Origin: Azolla caroliniana
Taxonomy: Eukaryota; Plantae; Polypodiophyta
Assembly (NCBI GenBank): GCA_043228905.1
Contig: JBHGNT010000099.1
Span: 27,368-91,367 of the forward strand
DNA length: 64,000 bases
Direction of reading: 5' to 3'
The notes beneath the pieces are model-generated. The model had not been told where the DNA came from, searched no databases, and was given only the letters and a program-made list of their open reading frames with translations. The translations under genes were made by a program, and so were the position numbers. How positions within the stretch are numbered: the first letter of the stretch is position 1; the number at the start of each line of letters is the position of its first letter. This document shows positions 1-12,900 of this stretch, one piece after another.

Positions 1-139
1 CTTAACGCCGATGATGTCGCAAGGGCCAACCTATGCTAGGGCTCATGTGGTTTCTCCATCATGATGCATTCATTGTACTTGAGTGTGTTTGATCATATCA
101 TGATAGGGACATAATTAGTTTTTTGCTTCTTGTTGTTAG

Positions 140-2643
140 ATCTTTGGGTGGGTCACGAAGCAAGAAAAATGTGCGGTAGTGGCCGGGCTGGTGGCATGGG
201 TGTTCGGTCTAGTCATGTGGGCCACTTCCCTGTCCTTCGTCCGTCGCCGCTTCTACGACATATTCTTCTCGGTCCACCACCTGTATCTCCTCTTCTCCCT
301 CTTTTGGCTGTATCACGCGGTCTGGAATTATCATTTCTTCATCGTCCCTCTCATGCTCTTCTTCATCGATCGCTTCCTTCGCATGATCCAATCGTCCAGT
401 GTTGTCCGCGTATCCTCGGCCAAGCTCCTCCAGAATGGCGCAGTCGAGCTCTTGCTGCCTCTTAACACCAATGCCACCAAAGGTAACATAAATGGATTCT
501 CTTTCATGTATGTGTGCTTGTTCGGATCCACATATTAATTAATATTCCAGAATCTCTCTGACTAAATTCAGTCAGTGAGCTCTTCTAACCTTTACTAATA
601 ACAGGCAATAATGTGATCATTACTTATGTCAGGGAGCCCACTCTATAATGCACTCTCCACATGGTGCATCCAGATTCCTGGTATCTCCAAACTACAGTGG
701 CACTTCTTCAGTGGCGCATCGTCCCCTCTCGATAACACGCAGGAGCTCTCCATCGTAATCAAGCCTCTCGGCGAATGGACGAATAGTTTGCGCGATCAAT
801 TCTCAAGTGCCAAGAAAACTGGGGGTTCCTGCCCTTTCTCGTTTAAGGCTAGAGTCGAAGGTCCTTACGGCGATGAGTCCGATTTCTACCTAAAGTATGG
901 GGATCTCTCTAATTATTTGTCGTAATTCCTGGTCTCGATTCAGTTCCCAAAGCTCATGTCTGTCGTTCCTCATTGATATAATTAGCCTTCACATTAACGA
1001 GTTGCTTCCATTAATTAATGTAATGTACATGATTAATATTTCGCAGGTATAAAGCCCTAGTCATCGTGGCCGGGGGCATAGGCCTCACCCCTGCCCTCGC
1101 TATAATCCGTGATATCTTGTATCGATACAAAGACGTTAGATCCTCACCGGCATCGACTACTCTTCCGACCTCCATCACACTCTACCACTGCATAAGAAAG
1201 CCAGAGGAGTTATGTGTGCTAAACACCCTATATCCTAACCAAATTCTCCCTGGCTATGAGACATTAGGACTGCGCATCCGAGTACATGTATACATAACCT
1301 CGAAGAACATACAAGATTATGAGGGAGTGCCATTATCCGGTGGCAACACGGCCCATAATTCATATAGAATAGGCCAATCCTTGGACCTATCCAAGTTTAA
1401 CCGTGAACACCCTACATCACAACCATTGATATTTGATTCCTCTTATCCGGCGGCACAACACCCACAATCCGATGGAAGAATCTCGAGCATTGGCAGCACA
1501 GGGAGCACCTCATGGGTAGCATTAACCACCATTGCATCCTTTGCAGGATACTTTGTGCTTTCAGGCTTGGCAAACACTTTTATTGTGAGGTCCTATGCCC
1601 ATCACACCTTCACCAATTACAATCGCGCGCATGTCGTGGTGGCGTGCATGATCTTGGGGATTCTCATTTGTGGCGGCCTCGTGGTTCTGCTATGGTTCCA
1701 TATGTTGCGACGACAATCGAGTATAAGCTCGGCATCGGTGCAGCCGAGGACACAGAGTCCGACTTCTTCTCCATCCGGAAGTAACGAAGATTTGGGAGCA
1801 ACTTACAACGGAATCGAAGATGGCGCATCTCAGTGGGATGGGGATGTGCACATTTTGTCACGGCCAAACTGGAAAGGTAGGTTGGCATCATAGGGTCCAC
1901 ATCTAACCCTAAACCCTAAACCCTAAACTTTTTATTAGGGCAAAAAAGTTTTAAAGGTTAAAAACGTTAAAGAAAAAACATAAGCATTCGTTACGCCAAG
2001 AAAGTTAAGTATGTTTTCATAACATAAGCATTTGTGAATATATGTGGTATCTTCTTTAACCTGGTAAGAGTAGTACTACTACATATACAAGTTTGTGAAT
2101 ATATGAGTACAGGTAGATTACCCCAATTCTGAAATTTTAATCCCTTCTATTCAAGCTGCAGTCACTATATACGAATATATAGTACTATTTGTGCAGAATT
2201 TTCTAGCTCAATGATCTCATCCTCTGGCTGAATAAAGCACTAGTTAATTCAAATATCATGCAATAGCTATTTGAAACCATCTACTCAGGAATGTGCTATG
2301 TATGCTATACTTTAGTGGACTTGGGATTATATATGGCACTGAATTGATGCATGAATGAATTGCCCCTGAGAATGAAGCATGTCAAGCAATGAATGTGTAG
2401 TTCTTCTAAATTTGATGGTCCAAAATATTGGCAGATGTCTTCGAGGGCTTGGTGGAGCAACACCGTGGGGAATGTGTGGGAGTTCTGGTGTCGGGATCGG
2501 AGAGCATGCAAGAGGACATTGCCAGGGAATGCAAGAGATGCTCGCCTTTCCGCCCCTTCTATGCTGCCCCGGACACATCCAAATCTTCGGAAGGCAGCAG
2601 GGGGGCCCTCCTGCACTTCCACTCTGTGAGCTTCAGCCTGTAG
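140..2643 (+). CDS. FRO: Ferric reduction oxidase (FRO), copy 1; 5' exons lie outside the window. Exons 140-482, 633-894, 1047-1876, 2435-2643
   Basis: GT-AG junctions join the ORF pieces in frame. Heme helix FFSVHHLYLLFSLFWLYH, FAD-region LQWHFFS, VEGPYG, NADPH motif VAGGIGLTP and C-terminal FHSVSFSL* are typical of plant FROs. Confidence 0.9.
1902..1928. repeat. Short interstitial telomere-like (CCCTAAA)n tract in an FRO intron; same tract in copy 2 at about 56461-56487
   Basis: ctaaccctaaaccctaaaccctaaac read directly. Confidence 0.8.
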
Positions 2644-2759
2644 TCAGATTTAGTCCTCTCCACCATCACCATTATTATGAATATTGTCTGTGTTTCTTGC
2701 ACTATATACTGTTGAGCCGCCATTTCGTTGGCTGTTATGAATGAAGAATAATGATGGAT

Positions 2760-2761
<2 letters not shown>

Positions 2762-2800
<39 letters not shown>
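2762..2800. repeat. (AGT)n microsatellite in the 3' region of FRO copy 1; about 13 units versus about 4 in copy 2
   Basis: Direct reading; explains the poly-Tyr shadow ORF. Confidence 0.9.
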
Positions 2801-2801
<1 letters not shown>

Positions 2802-5800
2802 ATAATACATAATACATGTATGTATGTATGTATATGGTCAGGATCAATAAGTTGCACTGTCCATATTGCATTAATAATAGCCTTGATTTACCCCTTCCCA
2901 CAGATCATTAAAAGTATCGGAACAATGGTTTTCCCACTGTATTTTATACATACCATCATTACTAATTAAGAAAACTCTCGCGTTGTGTACATTTTAAGCC
3001 TGTGTCGTGAGCTATTAAGTTGTGTCAGTTTTCTTTTTTCTTTTTTCTTTTTGTGTTGGAACCATGTAAAGCCTACAGAAATGGGCTGCAGTGCTATGTA
3101 GCAAAATTATAAAAGAAACAAGATTTGCGAAATAAGAGTGTTATGAAAGGTTGTCCCTGCTTGTGGGTGAGTCAGCCGAAAAGTCGACTCGAGAGTCGGC
3201 CGGTCGAAATCGGTTGAGAAGTCGAAATGAGTTGGCTGACCAAAATTGTCCGAAAAGCCGAAACGAGAGTTGGTTGGCCAAATTCGGTAAGAAAGCCGAA
3301 ATGAAATGGGATTCGGTCAAATAGAAGTTCGAACGAACATATACACATATATATATGTATTCATATATATGTATGTGAGATGAGTTAGTATATATAGTGA
3401 GTCGAACTAGTTGCATTTGTATGTTGGATAACTCATTGAGAATAAAAACAGTGAGTAAAATCGTGAAAGTGAAGTTATGTGTCTAAGTGAACGCGGGAAG
3501 GTATAATAGAAGGTGTTGCAAGAGTAGAGCGATATAGAGAACGACAGAGAGCTAACATAGTAGTGGTTATGCGAGTGCCATAGCTCAGAAGCCGAGCGTG
3601 AGAAGAAACAAAGGAAGAAGAGTGTAGTAGAAAGAAAAGAAAAGACAAATCTAGAAGTTGTGTAGGCTTCGAAAGAGATAGATACCTACGAGTTAGGGTT
3701 TGGTGCTGTTGAGAATCAAGCTCAACATAGCGCCACGTGTGAACACACCTTTTGAGAATCGATGATTACTCAGAAGTCAATAGTCACACCACTACTCTCT
3801 ACACATTAACTATGTGTAATAGAATCATATTCTATGACACCTAACTAATGAGTTACATATTCCCCATGACTATGAGTCTTCACATTCCCCAAGAGAGAGT
3901 GGTTGTTGTAAAGTTAATGAAGAGAGAGGGTGACACTATATAAAGCACCCTTCTCATACTTCATATTAGGTCGGTTGTGACTCCTTATTATGCTACATTT
4001 TGTAATTCTTATTCTACTTGTGAAATATACACCTTCTTCTTGAGTATTTTATTTCTCTTGTCTATCTATGTAGTGTTCTCTCATCTCTCCTCTAATTCCT
4101 CTGACACATACACATAACACACATCTCTTCCGCTACACAAGAATTATACCCGATTCTTTACATGGTATCAGAGCGATTTGGTAACTCGATCTAGCCCACT
4201 CGCCTCATCGTGATCGTGTGTTATGCTCTACGCCGACGTTCAAGAAGAACCGGCTCATCGCTATCGTAGTGCGACTACATAGCTCGTGTTCGAGAGAGAA
4301 GGAAAAGGAAAGAAGGAAGAAATCTACATCGACAATGAATACTCAAATGGGGAGCGCTCTCCCTAGCGAGAAGTTGGATCGCAACAACTTTGCATCGCAA
4401 CAACTTTGCATCTTGGGAGTACAAGATGCACTAATACGTTGTCGGCCAAGGCTATTGGAGCTACATCAAAGGAGCACAAGAAAATCGACCCAACCCGGAA
4501 AACGTTGACTATGCAACGTGGGAGCAAGCGGCAAGTCTAGTGATGTATTGCTTGGCGACATGTGTTCACGACCACATGCTTGGGTACATTGGAGAAGCCA
4601 AGACGCCGAAGGAAGCGTGGGAGAATCTCCGAAAGATTTTCACCGCCAACATTACCGCGAGAAAGCTTCAACTCCGCCAAGAGTTGAATAATATCCAACA
4701 AAGGGATATGTCCGTCACGAGCTACACCTTGAAGATCAAAGAGCTTTGTGATTCACTCAGCTCCATAAGCGTAAACGTGGAGGATGAAGTGATGGTGCAA
4801 ATATGTCTCTGCGGCCTTGCACCACGATTTGGCGCAATGCAGACCGCCGTACTAGCATGGGAGAATCCGCCCTCCTTCTTCGACCTTCAATCCATGTTGT
4901 TGGTAGAAGAGAATCATGTTCAAACAAGGAACAATGCCTCGGAAGGCCAAGTGCTCTACACGCATTCGGATGGAGGAAGAGGACGCGGCTATGCAAGAAG
5001 AGGCCGATTCAGCCAAGGACGTGGCGGACGAGGCGGATAAGGCCCGATTTACGAAAACAACTCGCAATTTCGGCATCAAGATGGAAGCCATCGAGGAACC
5101 TTCGGAAGAAGGGGGAGCTTCCATTCCGGTCCGAACCGACAAAGCTTGGTCGAATGCGGATATTGCGGAAAAATTGGCCACCACGAAGAAGAATGCCGTA
5201 AGAAGATACGCAAGTCGGCTTCCACTAGCCGACAACTCACCAACTACGCCATCAACTCCGATTATGACGATCGCGGCGGAATGTTAGGGATGAGACATAG
5301 AGCGAATTCTATGTCGGCCTCTACCTCTACTAATGCCTTTGATCCGGAAGACGTATGGTTCGTCGATTCCGATGCATCGAACCATATGACGTCGCATAAA
5401 AAATGGTTCCGAGAGCTTCGAGAGCCGGACCAACCCGGCTATGTCGAAACCGGAGACAATACTACGCACCCGATTCGGCACATTGGCAATGTTCTGTTCG
5501 GAGAAGAAGGTAAGCAAACTTATATTAAAAATGCCTTGCATGTACCAAGTATCACGAAGAATTTGGTCTCCGTTGGGCAAATTGTAGAGCAAGGAATGCA
5601 AGTACGATTTAATCAAGGCGGTTGCTTCATCGAAAAAGAGGGCCGACTCATCGCACGCGGACGAAGAGAGGGCCGAATGTTCATTCTCGACTCACACGAG
5701 ATGAAATCGGCCATGTTCGCAAAGGGCGTGAAAGCCGATTCCGACATAGAGTTATGGCACAAGAGGATTGGCCATATCAACCTCCAAAAGCTCAAGGCAA

Positions 5801-7636
5801 TGCAATAGAAAGGAGTCGTCATTGGGCTCCCAACATTCACGGAGAAAGAGATTGAAGGCGTGTGTGTGTGCCACTTGCCAATTCGGCAAGCAACATCGAC
5901 ACCCATTTCCGAAGGAGCGGAACGTGAGCAAAGGCGTACTCGACGTAATTCATTCTAATGTATGGGGTCCGGCTCAGACGGGGACATTCGGCGGAAGCCG
6001 ATACTACGTGACCTTCATCGACGACTTCTCTAGACACACCTTGATCTACCCGATGCGGCAAAAGAGCGAAGTGTTCGGACACTTCCAAAAATTCAAGAAT
6101 GAAGTCAAGAAAGCCACGGCCCGACATGTACGATGTCTTCGGTCAGATGGAGGCAAGGAGTACTTCTCCGACGAATTTTCGGCGTTTCTACGGAAAGAAG
6201 GAATACGACGAGAGTTTTCGTGTCGACATATGCCAAAACATAACGGAGTGGCCGAACGCAAGAATCGGCACATCCTCGAAGTGGCACGGGCTATGCTTAA
6301 CGAAAAGCACATGCCAAAATCGTATTGGGTGGAAGCAGCTAACACAACTGTCTATCTCATGAATCGGTGTACGACATCGAGTGTGCTCGAACTAACTCCG
6401 CATGAGAAGTTCTTCGGAAAGAAGCCGAACATATCGCATGTTTGGATATTTGGATCCATTGCATACGTGCACATCCCTGACGAGAAGCATCAAAAGCTTG
6501 ACCCGAAGTCAGAAAAATGTATCCTTGTAGGATACTCACTTGAGCAAAAGGGGTACAAGTGCTACAACCCCTCAACTCGAAAATCTCGCATAAGTCAAGA
6601 CGTCGTTTTCGACGAGTCTGTATCCTGGTATGCACCAGAGACAACTTTGACTTCGATTTCGCGCGACCCGGATTCCGCCGAAATAGAGATAGAAGCCGAA
6701 GATCGACTCACACACATGTTCGAAGAAAGCCCAATTACGACAAGGCTTAGTGGGCCACAAGAGACTCCAAGCGGTCAAAGCACATCTCGGCCGAGTCCAA
6801 AGATGGACAAAGGGAATGCGAAAATGCCGGAGTATGAAGACGATCACTTCGACGACAACGAATCAACTCACTCCCTCGATAGTGAGTTCGAAGGCCTTGA
6901 GATCTGGACAAATGGAGCGGAGAACGCCGTAGTATCCGCAAACGAGAAGCTCCGCCGATCCACCTATGAAAAGAACCCTGTAAACTGCTTCGGCTACAAT
7001 GAGTACATGGCGTACCATTACGCCTTTATGATGAAGGTTGCAACAGTACGGGAGCCGGAAACCTTTTCCGAAGCCAGGAAGGACCCCCGATGGATCGAAG
7101 CAATGAACGAGGAGATGCGTGCACTACGCAAGAATGACATATGGGATATCGTTCCCCACTCACCGCACAAGAAGGCAATAGTCTACAGATGGATCTACAA
7201 GGTGAAGTATAATGCTGATGGCTCTGTCAATCGCTACAAAGCTCGACTCGTAGCAAAAGGATACGCGCAAACACATGGCGTCAACTACGAAGAGACCTTT
7301 GACCCGATGGCAAAGATGACGACGGTGCGGACCGTGATCGCACTTGCACCTGCAAAAGGGTGGCACCTCCACCAAATGGACGTCAAGAACGCCTTTCTTC
7401 AAGGCGAATTAGACGAGGAGGTGTACATGGTACAACCACCTGGCTTCGAATTGTGCTTTCATCCAAAAGCCGTATGCCAACTCAAGAAGCCTCTCTACAG
7501 CCTCAAGCAAGCACCGCGTGCTTGGCATTCGAAGATTACGCAATATCTTCATCAAATCGGCTTTCCAATGTCGAAATCCGACAACTTCCTCTACGTACAA
7601 CACGACTCTAGAAGCTTAATTGTCATCATCCTATAT

Positions 7637-8374
7637 TGCTAGGAACTACATGCTCCCGATGAACAACGCTCGGCCACAACCGAGCTTAGAATCAAAACAC
7701 AGAAAAAAACGGGGAAAGAATGCACGACACAATGGAGAGAAGAGAACACAGGATGTTAACGTGGAAAAACCCAAACTAGGGAAAAAACCACGGCAGCCCA
7801 CAGATTGCAAACTATCATTATGTCAGAATGTACAAATGGTAAAGCACCGAAGCAACGACCTCGAGCTTTCTATCTTCGCCACAAGCGGCGGTTACAACAG
7901 AGGCAACGACCTCTTCCTCTCTCTCACTCTCTCTGTACACAGTTGCGCGCTCTAATCTTGCGCCAACAAGAATGACAACACTATATTCTCTGTTTGCCCT
8001 AAGTCATATTTATACTAATATGACTTTTTGGCTATTTACAAATATAGCCCCGATGGACTCTCAAAAACATATTTACGAATATGTCCCTTCATCCGGTGAG
8101 CACTCCTCACTGGGCCTGCATCATCCGGCTCTTGCCGGGTACTCGTCATCCGGTTCTCACCGGGTTTTCCGTAGTCGGGTACTCTTCATCCGGTTCTCAC
8201 CGGGTCTTCCGTAGTCGGGTACTCTTCATCCGGTTCTCATCGGGTCTTCACCATCCGGCTCTTGCTGGGTACTTCTCATCCGGTTCTCACCGAGTCCTCC
8301 ATAGCCGGGTACTTGTCATCCGGTTTCAGTACTGTTCTTCTCACTTCCCATCTGGAGGGAGCTGTTTCCTAACA
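7637..8374 (-). mobile_element. Solo LTR B, antisense, inserted in the RT YVDD codons of A; TSD TATAT
   Basis: TATAT at 7632-7636 and 8375-8379. Reverse complement resembles the LTRs at 60712-61595 and of element E, including CCGG-rich tandem units at about 8090-8330. Confidence 0.9.
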
Positions 8375-8851
8375 TATATGTGGATGATCTGGTCATTGGA
8401 GGTGAAAGTCTAGTCGACATCAACAAGGTCAAGTCCCTCCTCTTCGGAAAATTCGAGATGATGGACATGAAGGAGCTCCATTACTTCCTTGGCATCGAAG
8501 TAATTCGGATTCCGGCTGGCATTATGATCTCTCAACGGCACTACATTCTCAACTTGTTATACAAGTTCCAGATGACTGAGTGCAAATCGGTCGCTACGCC
8601 TCTCGATCGAAACCTCAAACTAGATGTTGACTCTGGCATAGATGATTGCGAGCCGACCCAATATCGTCAACTGATCGGGAGCCTCATCTATCTCACGATC
8701 ACTCAACTCGACCTTAGCTATCCAGTCGGGCTCCTCAGCCAATTCATGCAAAAACCACGTGACATTCACTTGGATTGCGCTAAGAGAGTATTACGATACG
8801 ATACGTGAGCGACACAATGGATTACGACGTTCTCTACGCATCGGCCACACC

Positions 8852-9310
8852 AATACGACTCGAAGGGTACACAGACGCGGACTGGGCAGGCTACAAAGCC
8901 GATCGACGATTGACCTCCAGATTTGTCTTCTTGCTCGGTAGCGGAGCAATATCTTGGAGTAGTAAGAAGCAGCCTACCGTCGCCCTTTCGAGTATGGAGG
9001 CCGCATGTGAAGCCGTATGGCTCAAGAGGGTACACAGACGCGGACTGGGCAGGCTACAAAGCCGATCGACGATTGACCTCCAGATTTGTCTTCTTGCTCG
9101 GTAGCGGAGCAATATCTTGGAGTAGTAAGAAGCAATACGACTCGAAGGGTACACAGACGCGGACTGGGCAGGCTACAAAGCCGATCGACGATTGACCTCC
9201 AGATTTGTCTTCTTGCTCGGTAGCGGAGCAATATCTTGGAGTAGTAAGAAGCAGCCTACCGTCGCCCTTTCGAGTATGGAGGCCGCATGTGAAGCCGTAT
9301 GGCTCAAGAG
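8852..9310 (+). repeat. Complex tandem triplication of the RNase H N-terminal segment (GYTDADWAG...WSSKKQ) in A
   Basis: Essentially identical segment of about 105 bp starting at about 8865, 9028 and 9147. Confidence 0.9.
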
Positions 9311-9927
9311 GATTATAAAGGATCTGGGTGTTCCCATCAAGGATCCAACTCCCATTTACTGCGACAATATGAGTAGTATATATCTGGCTCGGAACCCGGT
9401 GTTCCACGTGTGCACAAAACACATCGAACTGCACTATCACTTCATTCGAGAGCACGTACAGGCCGGAGATGTCGACCTTCAACACCAACACTGTTACCCT
9501 TCCGGCAAAGGAGTTGAAGACCAAAATGTGAAAGGGATTGTATATTCAGAATCTATTATAATTAAGTAGTTTATGAGACGTGAACGGACGGACCGGAATT
9601 GGTATGCCGAACCGGTTCCGAACAAGTGCCGGTTGGCACCGTTTTGTACTCAACACCGCTGACCTATATAAAGGCCCGGTTACAATGTAAAACTTTGAAG
9701 GATAATTAATAGAGCTTCTTGTTTTATCTTTAAGTGTTGATTATCGTTCTGTGCTAATTGTTCTATCATACGCGTGTATCAAGTCTAATGCCATATTGCT
9801 AAGTAACCAATTAAAGTTTGATTAATCTCACCGTAGCACCCCTTTGGTGAAGTGTCTTCCATAGACAGCTTGTGTTAGGCCATTGTCCGGCCCTAAGGAA
9901 TAACACAGTTTTTGGCGACCACGATTC

Positions 9928-12900
9928 ATGCACAATCGCAACGAACAACGACGGGAATGGATGACTAGAACAACGAATGACCCGGTTATGGAGCGAGCAA
10001 GGAGACTTGTTGAATGGTTGAGGAAGCGAGAGGCTTTCCAGCAAGAGATAGAAGAAAGCAGAGCGGATCGCTCATTTTCCAAGGTGATCTAGAGAGTGAC
10101 CAAGGAGTCACTTCGTTTACAACAAAACGACTACCCAGACGAAGGAAGCAACCTAAGCAGCCTCCGGGAAGCGGAATCCCTTCTCCAGGCATTGGCAGCA
10201 GGCGAAGGCGAATTCGAAGCATTTTCGACTTTTGAATCGGGTTCGGAAGAGGAATACAACGCGCATACAAACTACCGCAGCAGTAACGATACCCCAGACG
10301 GACCGGAGGACGAGGTATCAGATACCTTGCCGACACCGGAACCAGAATTGACAAGGCTGGAACCTCCAGCACCGAAAGTTGAGCACACTCCGAAACCAAA
10401 AGTCGAGGAAGAGAGACCTCCGACACTGGAACTCGAGGAGGAGAGGCCTCCAACACCGAAAGAGGAGCAGGAAAGACCTCTGATGCTGACAAAGGAGGAG
10501 GAAAGACCACCAACACCACCAGCCTGCGTACCGACACCAGATGACGATATGTCGTTCCAATATCCCAGATACCGGGATGATCTGGACGCGGAAGCCCACG
10601 TTCATGCGTTTCAGCAGACCTGGGAGGCAAACCATGTGTCCCAACGCTTAAATGCGGCCGAAGAGGAACGCTAAAAAATGGCAGAGTTCGGCATGACCCT
10701 GGAGGGACCGGCCGCCAGATGGCACCGAACACAAGATCCCCGCACCATCCCCACGTTTGAAGCATTAAAGACCAAATTCTTGCATTTCTTTCACAAGGAG
10801 ATGGACCAACGGGAAATGGTAGGCCTATTTTACATTATCCCACAGGAACCAACGGAGAACATTCAAAAGTTTGTCATCCGGTTCCAGCGGATCCATAGTC
10901 AGCTCAGCCGGGCACCACCAGAGGAAGAAACAAAGGCCATATTCTTAGCAGCACTCTGGGAACCCTTACGAACGGTGTGCACCGTCATTGATTTCTGCAC
11001 CAGCGGCATAGATCAAGTGATCGACCGAGTTTAGGAAATGGAAAAATCAAGTTCATGGCTAACCATGGGCACACTTCAGCGTGCACTACCGAGAGATGAG
11101 GACCTCCGCTTTCGGCAAGCAATTCAATGTACGACATGCCTGAATGCCGGACATTCAGCGTTGGAATGCACCATGCGTTCCCAATGCTTGCTCTGCCACT
11201 CCAGAAGTCACACAATGGAACAATGTGAGTATAACTTGTTAAATCGGCAAGCACCACCGGTCCGACAAATTGAACCACGAAGCAACCGGGAGGAAGAGGA
11301 AGAACACTGGCAGTGAGAGGAGCGCTACTGGCCGACACAAGATGTCCGGTACAATGATCGAAGAGACACTTATGACCGGTATGACAGACAGGATAGATAC
11401 CGGGACTATAATGGACGGTACGAGAGATACAACCGGGATCACTCCCCTGGTTACAACCAACGACCGTACGACTATGGCAAGTATGACGACCAACCCCGTT
11501 AAAGTTACCGAAACAAAAAGAATTTCAACAAGAAACGTCATTTCAACAAAAAGGGTGGTCATCCACGGGAACCGGAAAAGGGCGCTCCAAGCAACCAACC
11601 GGACCAAAACCAAGCACTTACCACAGGACCTCAATCGGGTGCGGGCACAAACACCAAATCTAGCAACACTCGGAAGGCATACTGCTATTATTGATGGCAA
11701 GAAGGCCACTATAGTAACCAATGTCCGGTGAAGAGCTACAACAAGTGACCAGTGGTGAACATGGTAGTCGCAGAAGTCACAGACTTACAACAAGTCACTA
11801 CAAGATCAAAAGGCAAAACCACGGAGTGGGAAACTCAAGAAGTCATCCAGAAGCAGGCAATCGAATGGGTGAAGAAGGCAAATGAGCGGAATGTGGCAGA
11901 GCAGTCCGACAATCACAGCCATCGTGAAAGGAAAAGAGCTACCCGACACGATTATCGATGGAGGATTCGGCGTGAACGTGATCAACCTCCGAACGTGTAA
12001 CACTCTAGGAATCCATGATTGGGAACCATGCTCATTTTGGCTTCGGATGGCGGACATAAGCTTACTATGGCCGACCGGATTAATACGTGATCTGGAAGTG
12101 ACCATCGGGGGTCACACATTTCGCATTTCGGCAGTAGTTCTCCAGCTACAGGCTCAAGGAGTTTACCCACTATTGTTGGGACGCCCTTGGTTAAAAACAA
12201 CACACATGAAGCAAAACTGGAGGAAGAATATAATTAGGTTCCGGCGTGGAAAAGCGAAAGTGCGAGTACCGACTCAACCACGGTCGGGTACCGGCAAGGA
12301 ATTGATGCCGCTATATGCGGAATGTGTCAACATGCTAGAAGGATTGGCGGACGAAGAGGTCGATCAATACTTACAGGAAAATCTGAAGATCGTACCTCTG
12401 TTCGAAATTGATGCAGTCGAAGCAGTATCACCGTACATATTGCAACCGGATGGGACCGATGAGGAACCGGATAAAGAAGCGATCCGGGAGTTATGGCAAG
12501 CACATGAGGCATAGGAAAGAGAAATGGCAGTGTCGCAGTGCGTAAAAGCACCCCAACTAGAAGAGGTAAGCCTAGGTACCATAGAGGACGCAAGACCGGT
12601 TCACATCGCCAAGGAAATGACCCCGGAGAACAAAACGGCAATGATCACACTCCTAAAAGAATTTCGCGATGTTTTCGCCTGGTCCTATGAGGACATGCGG
12701 GGACTCAATCCTCAGTTGTATTAACACTAGATACATTTGAGTAAAGACGCCAAACCGGTAGCGCAACGGCGTTACCGGATGAACCCGAATTACGCAGCAA
12801 AAGTCAAAGAAGAAATCGACAAGTTGCTAAGGGTTGGCTTCATCCGGCCGGTAAAGAAAGCCACATGGCTCAGTCCAATAGTCGTAGTACCGAAAAAGAA

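Noticed and set aside
1501-1710. Two hydrophobic helices inside the FRO NADPH-binding region as a novel insertion
   Set aside because: C-terminal hydrophobic segments at this position are a known feature of plant FROs.
1902-1928. Telomere repeats as a chromosome-fusion or healing scar
   Set aside because: Only about 3 units, present in both FRO introns; such short tracts are common in plant genomes.
2559-2901. Poly-Tyr and poly-Leu minus-strand ORFs
   Set aside because: Translations of the (AGT)n microsatellite.
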